57,404 nt of DNA, filler included, from Hydrolagus affinis (GCA_012026655.1; 3 parts of 3 records of this genome joined end to end with filler, not necessarily neighbours in it), one strand, 5' to 3'; shown: positions 24,237 to 36,185, numbered from the whole stretch's first letter. A program made the numbers and translations. Notes: generated from the letters alone by a model not told the origin.

Positions 24237-25424
24237 CTGTTTCAGAAAAGTGAGCCCATGATTCACACAGTGTTAAAGGATCATTGAGCGTGAAAGAAAC
24301 TCTGTTATGCAAAGTAAGGGCATCCTTCACAGAGACATGCACAGTTGTACATTAATGTGTGCCTTCAGCTACTATGCCCCTAGGCTCTGGAACTCCCTTC
24401 CTCACTACCTTCACCTTGCCCCCTTTCTTCCCAGTTTCTGATTACAGCTCAAGTCCTTTTTCTTCTGCAGCTCCTTTGGTCACTTTCCTACCTCTGCCCA
24501 TGACTCGGTCGCGGGATCCGTTACTGTGAAGCGCTTTGAGATGCCGTCCGGCATGGGTGGGGCTATAGAAATCGAGGTTGTTGTTGTTGTTGTTAGGTAC
24601 AGAAGAGTGACCAAACACCTTTAAACTTTTGCAGGGAATACGACAGATCAAAGAGATGGGCATTCACACATTTATGCACAGATGAACAATTGATATAATA
24701 GAAAGTTGTAAATTGTCAATCAGCCTGGTTTGGTGTGTTTCGGCCAGACATTTGTAGATTCAATACACAGATTAGGAATTTGAATACAGAGTCAAGGCTG
24801 ATACAAAAATGCCGTGTTTCAGTGCATAAGGCGGTCTTAATTTGAGAATCTGTGGGGATTTTGTTAATTTTCTGGTCTACTTTCATCACTCCAAGCAGCA
24901 TTGAGAGATTAGGGTCAGAGACTCCGTTCTGTGCAACCTCGCATCTCTCAGCTACGTAGCATGCATGCCTTCTGCATTGGCTGACTTCTCTACCTAGAGC
25001 ACTGGCTCCACATCATCCAGAGGATACAATTCAATATCCTGGTCCTCACATTTAAAGCCCTGCACAACCTCTTCCCACCCACCATCTGTGATTTTTTATC
25101 CCCTTACCAACCTGCCCACCCTCTCCGCTAAGCAGGCTCTGGCGTCACCACGTCCTCTGACCCATCCGCCGTACCATTGTAGGAGAGCCTTCTGCCACTC
25201 TGTCCCCAACCTCTGGAACTCCATCCCACAGTCCCTTCGCAATAGCCCCATTCCTGTTCTCTTTCAAGTCTCGCCTCAAGACTTTTCTGTTCGATGGATC
25301 CATTGGCAATTCATAAACAACCATTACCGCTCCCCTGTCACCAGCTCGTGTCTGAAGCACTAACTTTCCAGCGCCTTAGGTTGTCCTCCTGACGTGAAAG
25401 GTGCTACCCATTTGTAATTTTTTT

Positions 25425-26015
25425 TTTGTTGTTTTTGCATACCTCTGTGGACTGAGCTGCCTGAAGAGAATAGCCGTATACTTTATGTTTGAAACTAAAT
25501 ATATTATACACTATATGGCCGTAGGTTGCAAAACAAAACCCACCTATTGCAGGATGGTCTTCGGGTGGCTTGATACAGTTTACTGTCCACTCGGCTCCCG
25601 GATTCTGATCATGCTGCTGAATGCTCTGACTGTAGGCAGGTCTCGGCAGCCAACAGAAAATGCAAGTTAGGTCGAGGTTACTTTTAGGGTTAGGCTTATT
25701 GTTATGGTTAGGTTGTGACGAAGTGCTGTGGACCCGAAGCTTTGACATTTTTTCCTTTCTCCATGGATGCTGTCTGACCTGCTGAGTTTCCCCTGCAACG
25801 TCTGGTTTTGTTTCAGAAAATGCAAGTCTCTGCTGGGTCATAGGAAGGAAGGCAGCAGTTATCCTGACCTCAAATAAGTTGATCATTTTATTTTTCACCA
25901 TCTTTGGCAGCTTCGTGTTGATGTGGATGCCATACATCACCTTATTCGTATACTCCTGAAGTACAAAATCTGACTATGAGCCGTGTGCATACAATGAACT
26001 CCTGCAGCTCAATAG
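25425..26015 (+). pseudogene. Inverted GPR139-like exon-2 pseudogene fragment (TM4-TM7)
   Basis: AYLCGLSCLKRIAVYFMFE..GCKTKPTY..WLDTVYCPL..LIMLLNALTV and TIFGSFVLMWMPYITLFVYS align with the intact gene. It has deletions, frameshifts and a 146-bp insertion. Confidence 0.88.
25668..25813 (+). mobile_element. 146-bp insertion: telomere-like repeats + Penelope pLTR fragment, 14-bp TSD
   Basis: Flanked by cagaaaatgcaagt at 25654-25667 and 25814-25827. Degenerate TTAGGG units are followed by tgacgaagtgctgtggacccgaagc..gatgctgtctgacctgctgag. Confidence 0.75.
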
Positions 26016-27278
26016 TGAGAGCATGTGCCTCACAAGCATCAGATCTATGTTTGAATCCAGGCAGGTCAGGCTAAATCTTGGGCAAATTACCTCACTGCAT
26101 TTGCCTAATAATAATCCATCAATAAAAACATTAATAAAAAAAGATAATTTTCAATCTACGCCTGTTTGTGGGACAATGCTGTGCACAATCGGGTGCCGCG
26201 TTTCACCCACAAATATACATTCAATTCACTTTACAGTGTTTTCCGTAAAGCATTTTGAGAAGTCAAGAAGACGTGAAAAGCACTATATAAAACGCAAAAA
26301 TATTATTAATATTACCACCCCACTGCCAAAGATAATTGAAAGTTTGTGGCCAGAACCACCATTATTTGCAACCTTAGTTCCCCAAGTATCCTAAGATGCA
26401 ACGCACCTGGACTGAGTGCCTTATCTACCTGGGGCACCACCGATCATTTTCTTCTCAGTTTATTCTTAGATTATCTACTTTCGTAATGGCTCATCAGTTA
26501 TTGTGGCGATGGGCTGTATCCTTTTCGTTTGTGAAGAGAGCTGCAAAGTATCAATTCAATATATCAGTCACGCCCTCTGCCATCACAAGAAGATTTCCTC
26601 CTTGGTCACCGATAGGGCATCCCCAACCCCCAACTAACTTTAACTATCCTTTTATTATTTTTCTTGCTAAATACCTCAGGTTTCCTTTTATGCTAACTGC
26701 TAATATTTTTTCAACCAACATAATTGTTCCTCTTATTTCCTGTTTCAGTTCTCTTCTATAATGTCTATACTACATCAGAACCCTGTCTGTAGTTTGGAAC
26801 TTACATGTATCATAACTCTCCTTTTACTGTTTTATTTTAATCCCAATCACTTTAGTCACCCTGGGCTGCTTAGTTGCCTTACCGTTGCGCTTTGAAGTAC
26901 TTTAGCTGTTCTGTTCGCGAAACGTCTCCTGTGCGTATAATTCCCATTGCTCTTTAGCTTTTTTTTAACCTGCCAATGCTTCCTTCCTGCCCAACATGTT
27001 AAAGTCCCTTTTCAGCTGCCGAAAAAAACTTTCTTCTAGCGGAAAAGCTACAACTTTTGCTTATTCCCTATACCTTTCCATAAGCACTCTAAACCTAAAA
27101 TGTTTTGATCAACAACAACAACAACAACAAATTACATTTATAGAGCGCCTTTCACGTCGGGAGGACGTCCCAAGGCGCTGCACAGGGGGAGTGTGACCCG
27201 AGCTGGGAGGGGAATGTTTGGGCGGGGGTGAAACACGAAGGGGAGGTTGAAAAATTCGGGGGGGAACAGAAGGCACGG

Positions 27279-27378
27279 NNNNNNNNNNNNNNNNNNNNNN
27301 NNNNNNNNNNNNNNNNNNNNNNTTAATTAATTAANNNNNNNNNNNNNNNNNNNNNNNNNNNNNNNNNNNNNNNNNNNN
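27279..27378. other. Artificial spacer (44N-TTAATTAATTAA-44N)
   Basis: Exactly 100 nt, contains a palindromic six-frame stop linker, identical to 40676-40775. Confidence 0.95.
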
Positions 27379-27680
27379 ACTAGTGAAAACAGCATTTGCT
27401 CAGAGCAAGGGTTGGGTCGCGCCTCAACCTACGGTATTAACAGGACTGTAGCCGACAAATTCACTCAAGCATAAAAGGCAGCTCTAAAGCATCTGGATTT
27501 TTCTTTGCCATTAAAAACCTACAGTTTTTTTTAAATGGAAAGAATTATAATGTGATAACAAGAACATGTTGATTTCTCCTTTTACGGCCTCTATTACCCC
27601 CCCCCCCCCCCCACACACACCCCATCAGCAACCAAACAAGGCAACCAGACAGGTTGCTATAAAGCGAGTTACTTCACTAC

Positions 27681-27744
27681 CTGCCGAGCAGAAGGGACCA
27701 CAGGACATCAGAGCCCACACCAGGACACACAGGTTGACTGCCAT
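27681..27744 (-). CDS. Orphan leader exon of an unidentified secreted or membrane protein gene
   Basis: gccATGG Kozak context; MAVNLCVLVWALMSCGPFCSA + phase-1 donor (cag|gtagtg); 64 nt. The rest of the gene would run into the spacer. Confidence 0.55.
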
Positions 27745-28486
27745 GGCTGGAAGCTTTACCCTAAGACACTGTCGCCGGCCGACTCTGATCGGAGCCATTT
27801 TAAACTGTGCCCGAAATTACTGTAATAAAGAAAAAGTCGCATTTCAGTTTCACTTTCTTTTTGGATGTAAGCAGACAACCCAGCAACCCGAGCTGTACAG
27901 CCAGCTCCCCCCGCTGGTCTCAGCCTCACAGCCATCATCCAACAAATGCACTAGTCACAGAATTTAAATAGGGGTGTGGGGGGGATGCTTGATGCTATCT
28001 TTCTGCATGTTAGGCATATATAACATCATTATTTTAATTGAGACATTTTACATTCCAATGGTGTTATATTCTGCATTTTTTTTTAAAGAAGAAACAAATT
28101 TTCTCTTCCAGATTATCGTCCGGTATCTATATATGCTCAGATGTTGCTTTTTTAAAAAAAAATTGTTGGCACACTTAACACACGTCCCTCCATTCCAGGA
28201 ACCCACAGTCTTAGCCTGTGAGACAATTTTCTCTTACAATTTAAATTCACGCTGAATTATGGAAATTTCTTATACTCGATCATAATTTTGAAGTCACTTT
28301 TCTGCAACTCCACAAAACCAATCTGGTTTCCAGATTAAGATTTACAGAATGGCAGGCTAAATCTAGGTTTTATTTTCAGGACATGGAATTGGATTTGACA
28401 GCCTCACCTTTCACGAGTAGCTCTCTGTTCTTTTTGTACGGTGATATAAACAGTCCAGGTGTACAGTTCTCTCTCTTCCAGCTGTC

Positions 28487-28700
28487 AATCAATCAATCAA
28501 TCAATCAAAACATTTATTAAACCCTTTCACCTCGAGAGGACGTCCCAAGGCGCTGTACAGTTAGGTAGGGACAAGAGCAGGTGGGGAGGGGTTGGGGCAG
28601 GATGAAAAAGAGCAGGAAAATTGACTATATTTGTGGGCGAAACGCGGCAGCCAAATTGCACACAGCAGTGTCCCACAAACAGTCACTGAAATGGGGCCAG
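28487..28700 (-). mobile_element. SINE variant with (TTGA)n tail; near-identical copy at ~31745-31985
   Basis: Both read (tcaa)n..aaaccctttcac..gagaggacgtcccaagg..gtacagttaggtagggacaagagcagg..aaagagcaggaaaattgact..tgtgggcgaaa. Confidence 0.75.
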
Positions 28701-29507
28701 GGGAGAAAGGCGGAAAAGAGAGCAAGGGGAGAGAGGGAGGGAATGGTGGGGTGGGGGTTAAGTCAGGGAGGAAGAGAGTATATTTGGCTGATAAAGGAAG
28801 GCATTTCTTTCCAATAATTCATGAACAAAAATTTTCACTCCAAGTCTTGTAAATGTATGATTCCCTCCATTGAATGCGTACACTCTAGACTTTCTTTAAA
28901 CCTATTTGACAATAGTCATATTAACAGTTGTGAAAGTGGTATCAAGTTCTGATTTATCATAACTGGTTACTTTGCATTCCAGGAGAACTTCTTCATTTGC
29001 CAACACTTTCTTTGTGGAGAGAAAGTTCTCAAAATCTAAGACACATCTACAGTACATAAATAAAATATTTCAAGCAGAATATTAGTGGCATTAAACATCT
29101 TTCATGGGAGTTTAAAGAGATGCGATTTTAGGTAGGATTTAAAGAGAAAGAGAGTTGATATGGAATTGTAGGGGGAGGGAGATCCACAGGTTGGGGGTAT
29201 TGGAATGAAAGCTCGATTAACGATGTGGAGAAAGCCTAGATTACCAGAGCGGAGGAAGTGGGGGGAAAAATAGAGTAAAAGATCAGAGTGATAAAAGGGT
29301 TGCAAGGAGTGGAAAGATTTGTAGGTTACGACAAGAACCTTAAAATTGATCCACTGTGAAATGGGGGAGCCAGTGGAGACTCGAAAGGGCTGGAGGGATG
29401 GGTGTGTGGAGTTTGTTGCAAATTATGTTGCAGGAAGCACATTTTTGGATGAGTTGGGGCTTGTCAAGGGTGATGCATGGGAGACCGGTGAGGAGTGAGT
29501 TAGAATA

Positions 29508-29901
29508 TTATTATAATAATAATCCTTGCATTTGATATAGTGCTTTTCACATCTTCTAGTTGCCTTAAAGCGCTTCACAGAATAATAAGAATAACACTTG
29601 CACTTGATAAAGCGCTTTTCACATCTTCTAGATGTCTCAAAATGCTTCACAGAATATACTGTAAAGTGAATTAACTATCTACTTGTGGGTGAAATGCAGC
29701 AGCCAATTGCACACAGCAGTATTCCACAAACAGTCGTGGATTGAAATGACCAATTGTATTATTGTTTTTTTTTTGAGGGATTATTATGCATGTAAGTGAA
29801 GTAAGGAAACTTGCCCAAGATTTCGCCCTGCTCTGCCTGGATTCGAACATTGGTCTCGCGCTTGTACGGCGAGTGCTCTAATCACCGAACTACAAGACTC
29901 C
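29508..29901 (-). mobile_element. Full-length tRNA-headed SINE with tandemly duplicated tail
   Basis: Head ggagtcttgtagttcggtgattagagcactcgcc..gttcgaatcc; the tail segment is present twice. Confidence 0.8.
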
Positions 29902-30344
29902 ACGATATACAAATATGTATGAAAATATCACAGACAGATTAAGGTTGTAAAGTACTATATATAAATATGTATTGTAGTTTTGGAATGACAAGGCAACATT
30001 ACAAGGCATTTAACATTGACAGCAATATAAATGAATCAAACAGAAATTATACAATAAGCTTTGCTGAAAAACATCATTCTCGAAACTGCCTTCCTAAACA
30101 AAACAAATTTCAAGTTAAATTTGCCTGATTTCAAATCAGTGATCAAATCGTCAAAACACCCACTCAAAGGGTATTACATTATGACATCAATCATATTTGA
30201 AAATAATCATTGACTTCCAATACATTATATTTTAATCACTATGATTCATATGTACAGTAGCACATTTTACATACTCAGCAGCGTATATGAAAATATTATG
30301 GGCCACATATTTCATTGTTTTTTAAGTTCCAATGAATTGTCCCA

Positions 30345-30532
30345 ACCTGGCTTATTAGCATTCATGTTTCTGAATCAGAAGGTCGCCGGGTCAAGTTCTA
30401 TTTTGGGGCTTTGAGTTCATGGTGTCAGCTGACATGCCTGTACAGTGTGGGGCCAGTGTTGCATCGATAGAGTTTGTGTTCTTTGGATAAGATGTTAAAC
30501 TGGGTTTCATCCACCTGTTCAATTGGATGTTC
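30345..30532 (+). mobile_element. Old DeuSINE (SacSINE1/AmnSINE-like) fragment
   Basis: tctgaatcagaaggtcgccgggtcaag..gctgacatgcctgtacagtg..ctttggataagatgttaaac resembles the Deu domain as I recall it (gctgacactccagtgcagtac..gtctttcggatgagacgttaaac). Confidence 0.6.
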
Positions 30533-30544
30533 AATAATAATTCT

Positions 30545-31078
30545 TGCATTTAATACAATGCATTGAGCAGTCTCAAAGTGCTTTACATACTGCCGCCCGC
30601 ATACTCACCCACACCAAGCTTCGCTTCCCCATTACTCCAGTCCTTGCCACACTTCACTGGCTCCCTATCCCAGAGAGGATTGACTTCAAGATCCTCACCC
30701 TTGTTTTCAAGTCACTCTACTCCTCTGCACCCACCCTATCTCTCTGATCTCCTCTCTCCCCAAACCAGCACCCGCTGTCTTCGCTCCACCAGATCTGGCC
30801 TCCTCCATGTTCCCCGAATCCTCCGCTCCACCCTCGGCAGCCGTGTCTTCAGCCACCACTCCCCAAGGCTCTGGAACGCCCTTCCTCACTCCCTTCACCT
30901 CACCCCCTCTCTTCCCAGTTTCAGGTCCCAGCTGAAGACCTTTCTCTTCGACCGCACCTTTGGTCACCTTTCTACCCCTGCCCCTAGCTTGTTCCCGGGA
31001 TCCGCTACTGTGAAGCGCTCTGAGACACCGTCCAGCGTGGAGGGCGCTATATAAATCAAAGTTGTTGTTGTTGTTGTT
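30545..31078 (+). mobile_element. L2 LINE 3' end
   Basis: AARILTHTKLRFPITPVLATLHWLPIPERIDFKILTLVFKSL; ends ggcgctatataaatcaaa(gtt)n. Confidence 0.92.
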
Positions 31079-31743
31079 TACATGATTTACTGTTGAGTGC
31101 AGCAACTGTGTATTTTGTAGGCAATTTAAAGATTCTGTGCTACTATGCAAAGAAAGAAGGGGGTTATTTGCTAGTGTCTTGGCCAATAATCCTCTGGTTA
31201 AAATTGATCATTCATTTCATGGAATCTTTGTGAACACAACAAAACCTTTGCTGAGTTAGGGGGGATGCTGCTATTTAAAGTTTGGAAGCTTCTGGTAAAA
31301 GGTACATTTGGAGTGTAGGCAATGTAACAGCTGTGGTGGAAAGCAGTCCTGGTCAGGGATCGGATGTGGGATAGGAAAGACAGCTGGAAATTGAACCTGA
31401 TGCCAAGATTGCATAAGGGTTCAGTAATTCTTAGGGAGTGGCCAGGGAGGTTGAAGAGGTCAGGGACGCAGGAAGGAAGACAATGATGGGAACCAAGGAG
31501 TATGGCTTCCATACTGTCATTGTTCAGCGGCAGGAAGTTTGTGATCATCCAAGTGTACTCGGTAATGTTTGGGATATCACAAGTACTTTATAAAATGAAT
31601 TTATCAATGTTTGTCACTCTGGACCTAATGGCCAGCTGTAAATTCAGTCTAAAACCCAATTAACTTGAGGATTTTTCCACTGAGGAACCCTGTATAGGTC
31701 AAGCTACAAAAAAAATTCTGAAATTCCATTCTTTGATATTTAT

Positions 31744-31806
<63 letters not shown>

Positions 31807-32329
31807 CTTACATTTATAAAACCCTTTCATGTCGAGAGGACATCCCAAGGTGCTGTACAGTTAGGTAGGGACAAGAGCAGGGGGAGGAGTCGGGGCAGGA
31901 TGGAAAAGAGCAGGAAAATTGACTGTAAATTTGTGGGCGAAATGCGGCAGCCAAATTGCGCACAGCAGTGTCCCACAAACAATGTCATTTTATTGTTTAT
32001 TATGTTATCTTATTATATTATATACAATACCTTATACATAATACCTTTCAAATTAATAGTACAGTACACGCAAACTTGTTTGACACTGGCTGGGGATCCA
32101 ATCGGAAGTGGAAGACAAATGGGGTGAGGAGAGGAAAGATAATCGAAAGTGTGGTCAAAGAGCTAGATCTTGAATGAGGCGAAAGAGCAAGTAATTCAAA
32201 GGGTCACCAAAATTGAGTTCCGTTCAACTCACTGGGGTTTGCAGCACTAATGAAACCAAGCAAGGATGGAATGATGGGACGTCCTACTGATGTGAAAGGC
32301 ACTATACAAGTGTCGTTTTGTTGTTGTTA

Positions 32330-33000
32330 AAATGGTACCATTTACCTTATACTGTCTCTCCTCATTCTTCCTACCAAAAGGCAACACTTCGCATTTCTCG
32401 ACATTAAACCTCATCTGCCATGTTCCTGCCCATTTTACCAATCTGTCTAAGTCCTCTTGGAGTCTATCCTCCACATCATTTACTACATATCCTAGCTTAG
32501 TATCATCTGCTAATTTGGAAATTGTGCTCCCTATATCCAGGTCCAGATCTATATAGTTCAGAAAGAGCAGTGGTCCCAATACCGACCCCTGAGGGGCACC
32601 ACCACCAACAAAAAAAAATTGTATTTATAGAGCCACTTTCACATCACTACATATCTCCCTCCAGTCAGAAAAGCAATCGTTCACTACTACTCTCTGCTTT
32701 CTGTCTCCTAGCCAGTTCTGGATCTGCATTGCCACCATCCCTTTAATACTGTAGGCTTCTATTTTGTTTATAAATCCCTTGTGTGGCACTTTTGTCAAAT
32801 GCCTTTTGAAAATCCAGATAAACTACATTCACTGTTCTACCTGCACCCACCCTCTCAGTCACTTAATCCAAAAATTCTATTAGGTTTATCAGACACGATC
32901 TGCCTTTAAAAAAATCCATGTTGACTATCCTTTATTAAACCATATTTTCTAAGTGAGAATTTATATTGTCCCGCATTATAGTCTCCAGATGTTTCCCTGG
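32330..33000 (-). mobile_element. CR1 LINE RT fragment
   Basis: GPLLFLNYID..STISKLADDTKLG..LQEDLDRLVKWAGTWQMRFNVEKC. Confidence 0.88.
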
Positions 33001-33172
33001 TACTGACGTTGGGTTGATTGCCATTTCCACCCTTCATTACAAAAACATTAAGATTAATAAAACCAGATTTGATTCAATGAAATCATGGTGTTAGTGAAAA
33101 GTGGGGCTATGAAATCAGGGGTGGTGTAGAATCAAGGAGGGATTCGGTATGTGAAAGAAAGGATTTGGTAGA

Positions 33173-34908
33173 TTAAGAGAGAGATTCTGTGAAAACAGAG
33201 TTTGAATCAATGGAACCACATTCAGGTTCAACGGAAACAGAACTTGGTTCAATGGGGGCAGATTTAGGGTCAAGCACAGGAGGTTCAGGATCTGTGGGAG
33301 TTAATTTAGGTTTACGTTTAGTGGGAGTTGGTTTAGGTTCAGTGGGAGGTGGTTTAGGATTAGTGGGAGTTGGTTTAGGGACAGCAGGAGGTGGGTTACG
33401 GTCAGTGGGAAGTGGTTTATGGTCTGTGGGAGATGGTTTAGGGGCAGTGGGAGATGGTTTAGGGGCAGCAGGGGGTGGTTTATGGTCAGTGGGAGGTGGT
33501 TTTGGGTCTGTGGGAGGTGGTTTGGAGTCAGTGGGAGGTACTTTAGGGTCAGTGAGAGTTAGTTTAGGGTCAGTGGGAGGTGGTTTAGGGTCATTTAGAG
33601 TTGGTTTAGGGTCAGTGGGAGGTGGTTTAGGGTCTGTGGGAGGTAGTTTACGGTCAGTGGGAGGTGGTTTATGGTCAGTGGGAGGTGGTTTAGGGTCTGT
33701 GGGAGGTGGTTTATGGTCAGTGGGAGGTGGTTTAGGGGCAGCAGGAGGTGGTTTATGGTCAGTGGGAGGTGGTTTGGGGTCTGTGGGAGGTGGTTTAGGG
33801 TCAGTGAGAGGTGGTTTAGGGTCAATGGGAGGTAGTTTTTGGTCAGTGGGAGTCGGTTGAGGGTCAGTGGGAGGTGGTTTAGGGGCAGCAGGAGGTGGGT
33901 TATGGTCAGTGGGAAGTGGTTTATGGTCTGTGGGAGGTGGTTTAGGGGCAGTGGGAGGTGGTTTATGGTCAGTGGGAGGTGGTTTAGGGTCATTTAGAGT
34001 TGGTTTAGGGTCAGTGGGAGGTGGTTTAAGGTCTGTGGAAGGTAGATTATGGTCAGTGGGAGGTGGTTTATGGTCAGGGGGAGGTCGTTTAGGGGCAGCA
34101 GGAGGTGGTTTATGGTCAATGGGAGGTGGTTTAGGTTCAGTGGGAAGTGGGTTAGGGTCAGTGAGAGTTGGTTTAGAGTCAGTGGGAGGTGGTTTAGAAT
34201 CAGTGGGAGATGGTTTAGGGTCAATGGGAGGTAGTTTCGGGTCAGTGGGAGTTGGTTGAGGGTCAGTGGGAGGTGGTTTAGGGGCAGCAGGAGGAGGTTT
34301 ATGGTCTGTGGGAGGCGGTTTAGGGTCAGTGAGAGTTGGTTTGGAGTCAGTGGGAGGTGGTTTAGGATCATTTAGAGTTGGTTTAGGGTCAGTGAGAGTT
34401 AGTTTAGGGTCAATGGGAGGTAGTTTATGGTCAGTGGGATTTGGTTTAGGGCTAGTGGGAGGCGGGTTAGGGTCAATGGGAGTTGATTGAGGGTCAGTGG
34501 GAGTTGGTTGAGTATCAGTTGGAGTTGTTTGAGCGTCTGTGGGAGTTGGTTGAGAGTCAGTTGGAGTTGGTTTAGGGACAACGGGAAGTGGTCTATGGTC
34601 AGCGGGAGTTTGTTGAAGGTCAGTGGAAGTTGGTTTAGGGTCAGTTGGAGTTTCATGAGGGTCAGTAAGAAGTGGTTTAGGGGCAGTGAAAAGTGGTGGT
34701 TTTGGGGCAGTGGAAAGTGGTGGTTTAGGGACAGTGGAAAGTGTTGGTTTAGGGGCAGTGGAAAGTGGTTTAAGGGGAGTGGCAAGTTCATCAGAAGTAA
34801 TGCAAAATTGTTTGCATTCAATGGGTGTTTGCTGAGGTTCATCAGTTCCAGACTTGGATTCAATGGAATCATCATGCTTGACTGGATTGTATTCACACTT
34901 TGCTCCAT
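33173..34908 (-). CDS. NCR3LG1: B7-H6-like gene: last exon, 578-aa proline-rich repeat tail
   Basis: Polypyrimidine acceptor (ttgtttcattcaattag); phase 1 matches the TM exon donor; stop-free for 1.7 kb to the stop at 33173-33175. Confidence 0.75.
33248..34660 (-). repeat. Coding 21-bp minisatellite (consensus plus strand GTCAGTGGGAGGTGGTTTAGG; PKPPPTD)
   Basis: 64 consecutive in-register heptads plus 3 more after a 2-codon insert; preceded by ~4 octads (PKPPLSTA). Confidence 0.95.
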
Positions 34909-35339
34909 CTAATTGAATGAAACAAGTGAAGCAAAAAAAACAATTAATTTGTTTTAAAAATATATCAAAAATAAATATCATTTTGAAATGCAGTACCAAT
35001 TCATGCATGATGATATAAAAAAGGAACTCAGAATAATGCTTTAGGATGGACCAAGGCAAGAGAACATGGGTTTAAAATTGAAATGGCAATTTCAGGACAT
35101 ACCCCAGGAAGTTTTTTTGTATGGATAAGATAATTAATGGTTCGGACAGTTTGTCAGAAAAGGTGGCTGAGGCAAAGACACTGATCTCATTTAAATGTTC
35201 GTAGCATCATGGAATCTTATAATAATGATAATCCTTACATTTTGTATAGCGCTTTCCATGTCTTGGGATGTCCTCCTGATGTGAAAGGCGCTATACAAAT
35301 GTAATTTTGTTGTTGTTGTATAGCCAGGAATATTCAGCT

Positions 35340-35940
35340 CCCATTCTTGCCTATGTTTGAGCCAAGTCTCCGTTGCTGTACTATATCATATCCCCCTGCG
35401 GCAACTTGAGCCTGCAGCTCACCTTAGTATTCAGTACAGAGTACCGCTTTGTGAGTGCCACACTTTCAGGGGATTTCTGCACTGCCCATCCCCTCTTCCT
35501 ACCATGCCGGGTTGTCACCCAGTCACTCTCCCTCTGAACCCTCGGTGGCTGTTGGGTGACCACCTCCTGAAATGTTTGATCCATGAAATCCTCAGCCTCC
35601 CATATACAATGGAGTGACTCCAGTCTCCCTTCGAGCTCAGAAATCTTGAGCTCAAGCTCAAGCAGCCGGAAGCACTTCCTGTATACATGATTGTCTAGGT
35701 TGCACAAAGCATCCTGGGGTTCCTACATGCCACATGCCCCGGTTCTCAGCTGCCCAGCCATGTTCACAGACATGTTTTAAATTATTGTCAATATTATATA
35801 ATATTGTATATATTTTACAACTTCGCACCTACTTCCCCCCTCTGCACCTAATTCCCACTCTCACCCAATTCCTTCTCACTCTGGTCTTGCCTCACTCCGG
35901 TCGCAGCTCACTCTAATCGGCTCTCAACTCGCCATTCGGT
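35340..35940 (-). mobile_element. CR1 LINE 5'/ORF1 fragment
   Basis: CRKC..LLELELKISELEGRLESL..W..V..R..NRYS-type CR1 ORF1 zinc-finger/leucine-zipper region (ORF 35381-35707). Confidence 0.78.
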
Positions 35941-36110
35941 TCTCAGCTCACTGAATTGCAATGTTATGTGCAATTCAGCAGGAAATATAAATCAAGATCC
36001 ACACTATTCTACCTCTTGAAAATAATTTTTAGATTCTTTTTCAGCAGAGATTTCAAAGCATTTATCAACTAAATAACATCTGTATTGTTTCTTCATGAAG
36101 AACATCTTAC

Positions 36111-36185
36111 CTTTACAATAAATCCAAATGGCTACAAATAAGGCACACACCAGCGGAACACCAACACCTCCAACTATTGCTGGAA
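36111..36185 (-). CDS. NCR3LG1: B7-H6-like gene: transmembrane exon
   Basis: aaacccag acceptor, aag|gtaaga donor, 75 nt, phase 1-1. VPAIVGGVGVPLVCALFVAIWIYCK. Confidence 0.82.

Noticed and set aside
33189-34912. Antisense Gly-rich (GGGLGSV) and same-strand LNHLPLT ORFs
   Set aside because: Shadows of the 21-bp repeat; interrupted by stops and without splice context.
36013-36068. Extra cytoplasmic exon after the NCR3LG1 TM
   Set aside because: It would need a 42-nt intron and a weak phase-0 donor, which is incompatible with the phase-1 last exon.
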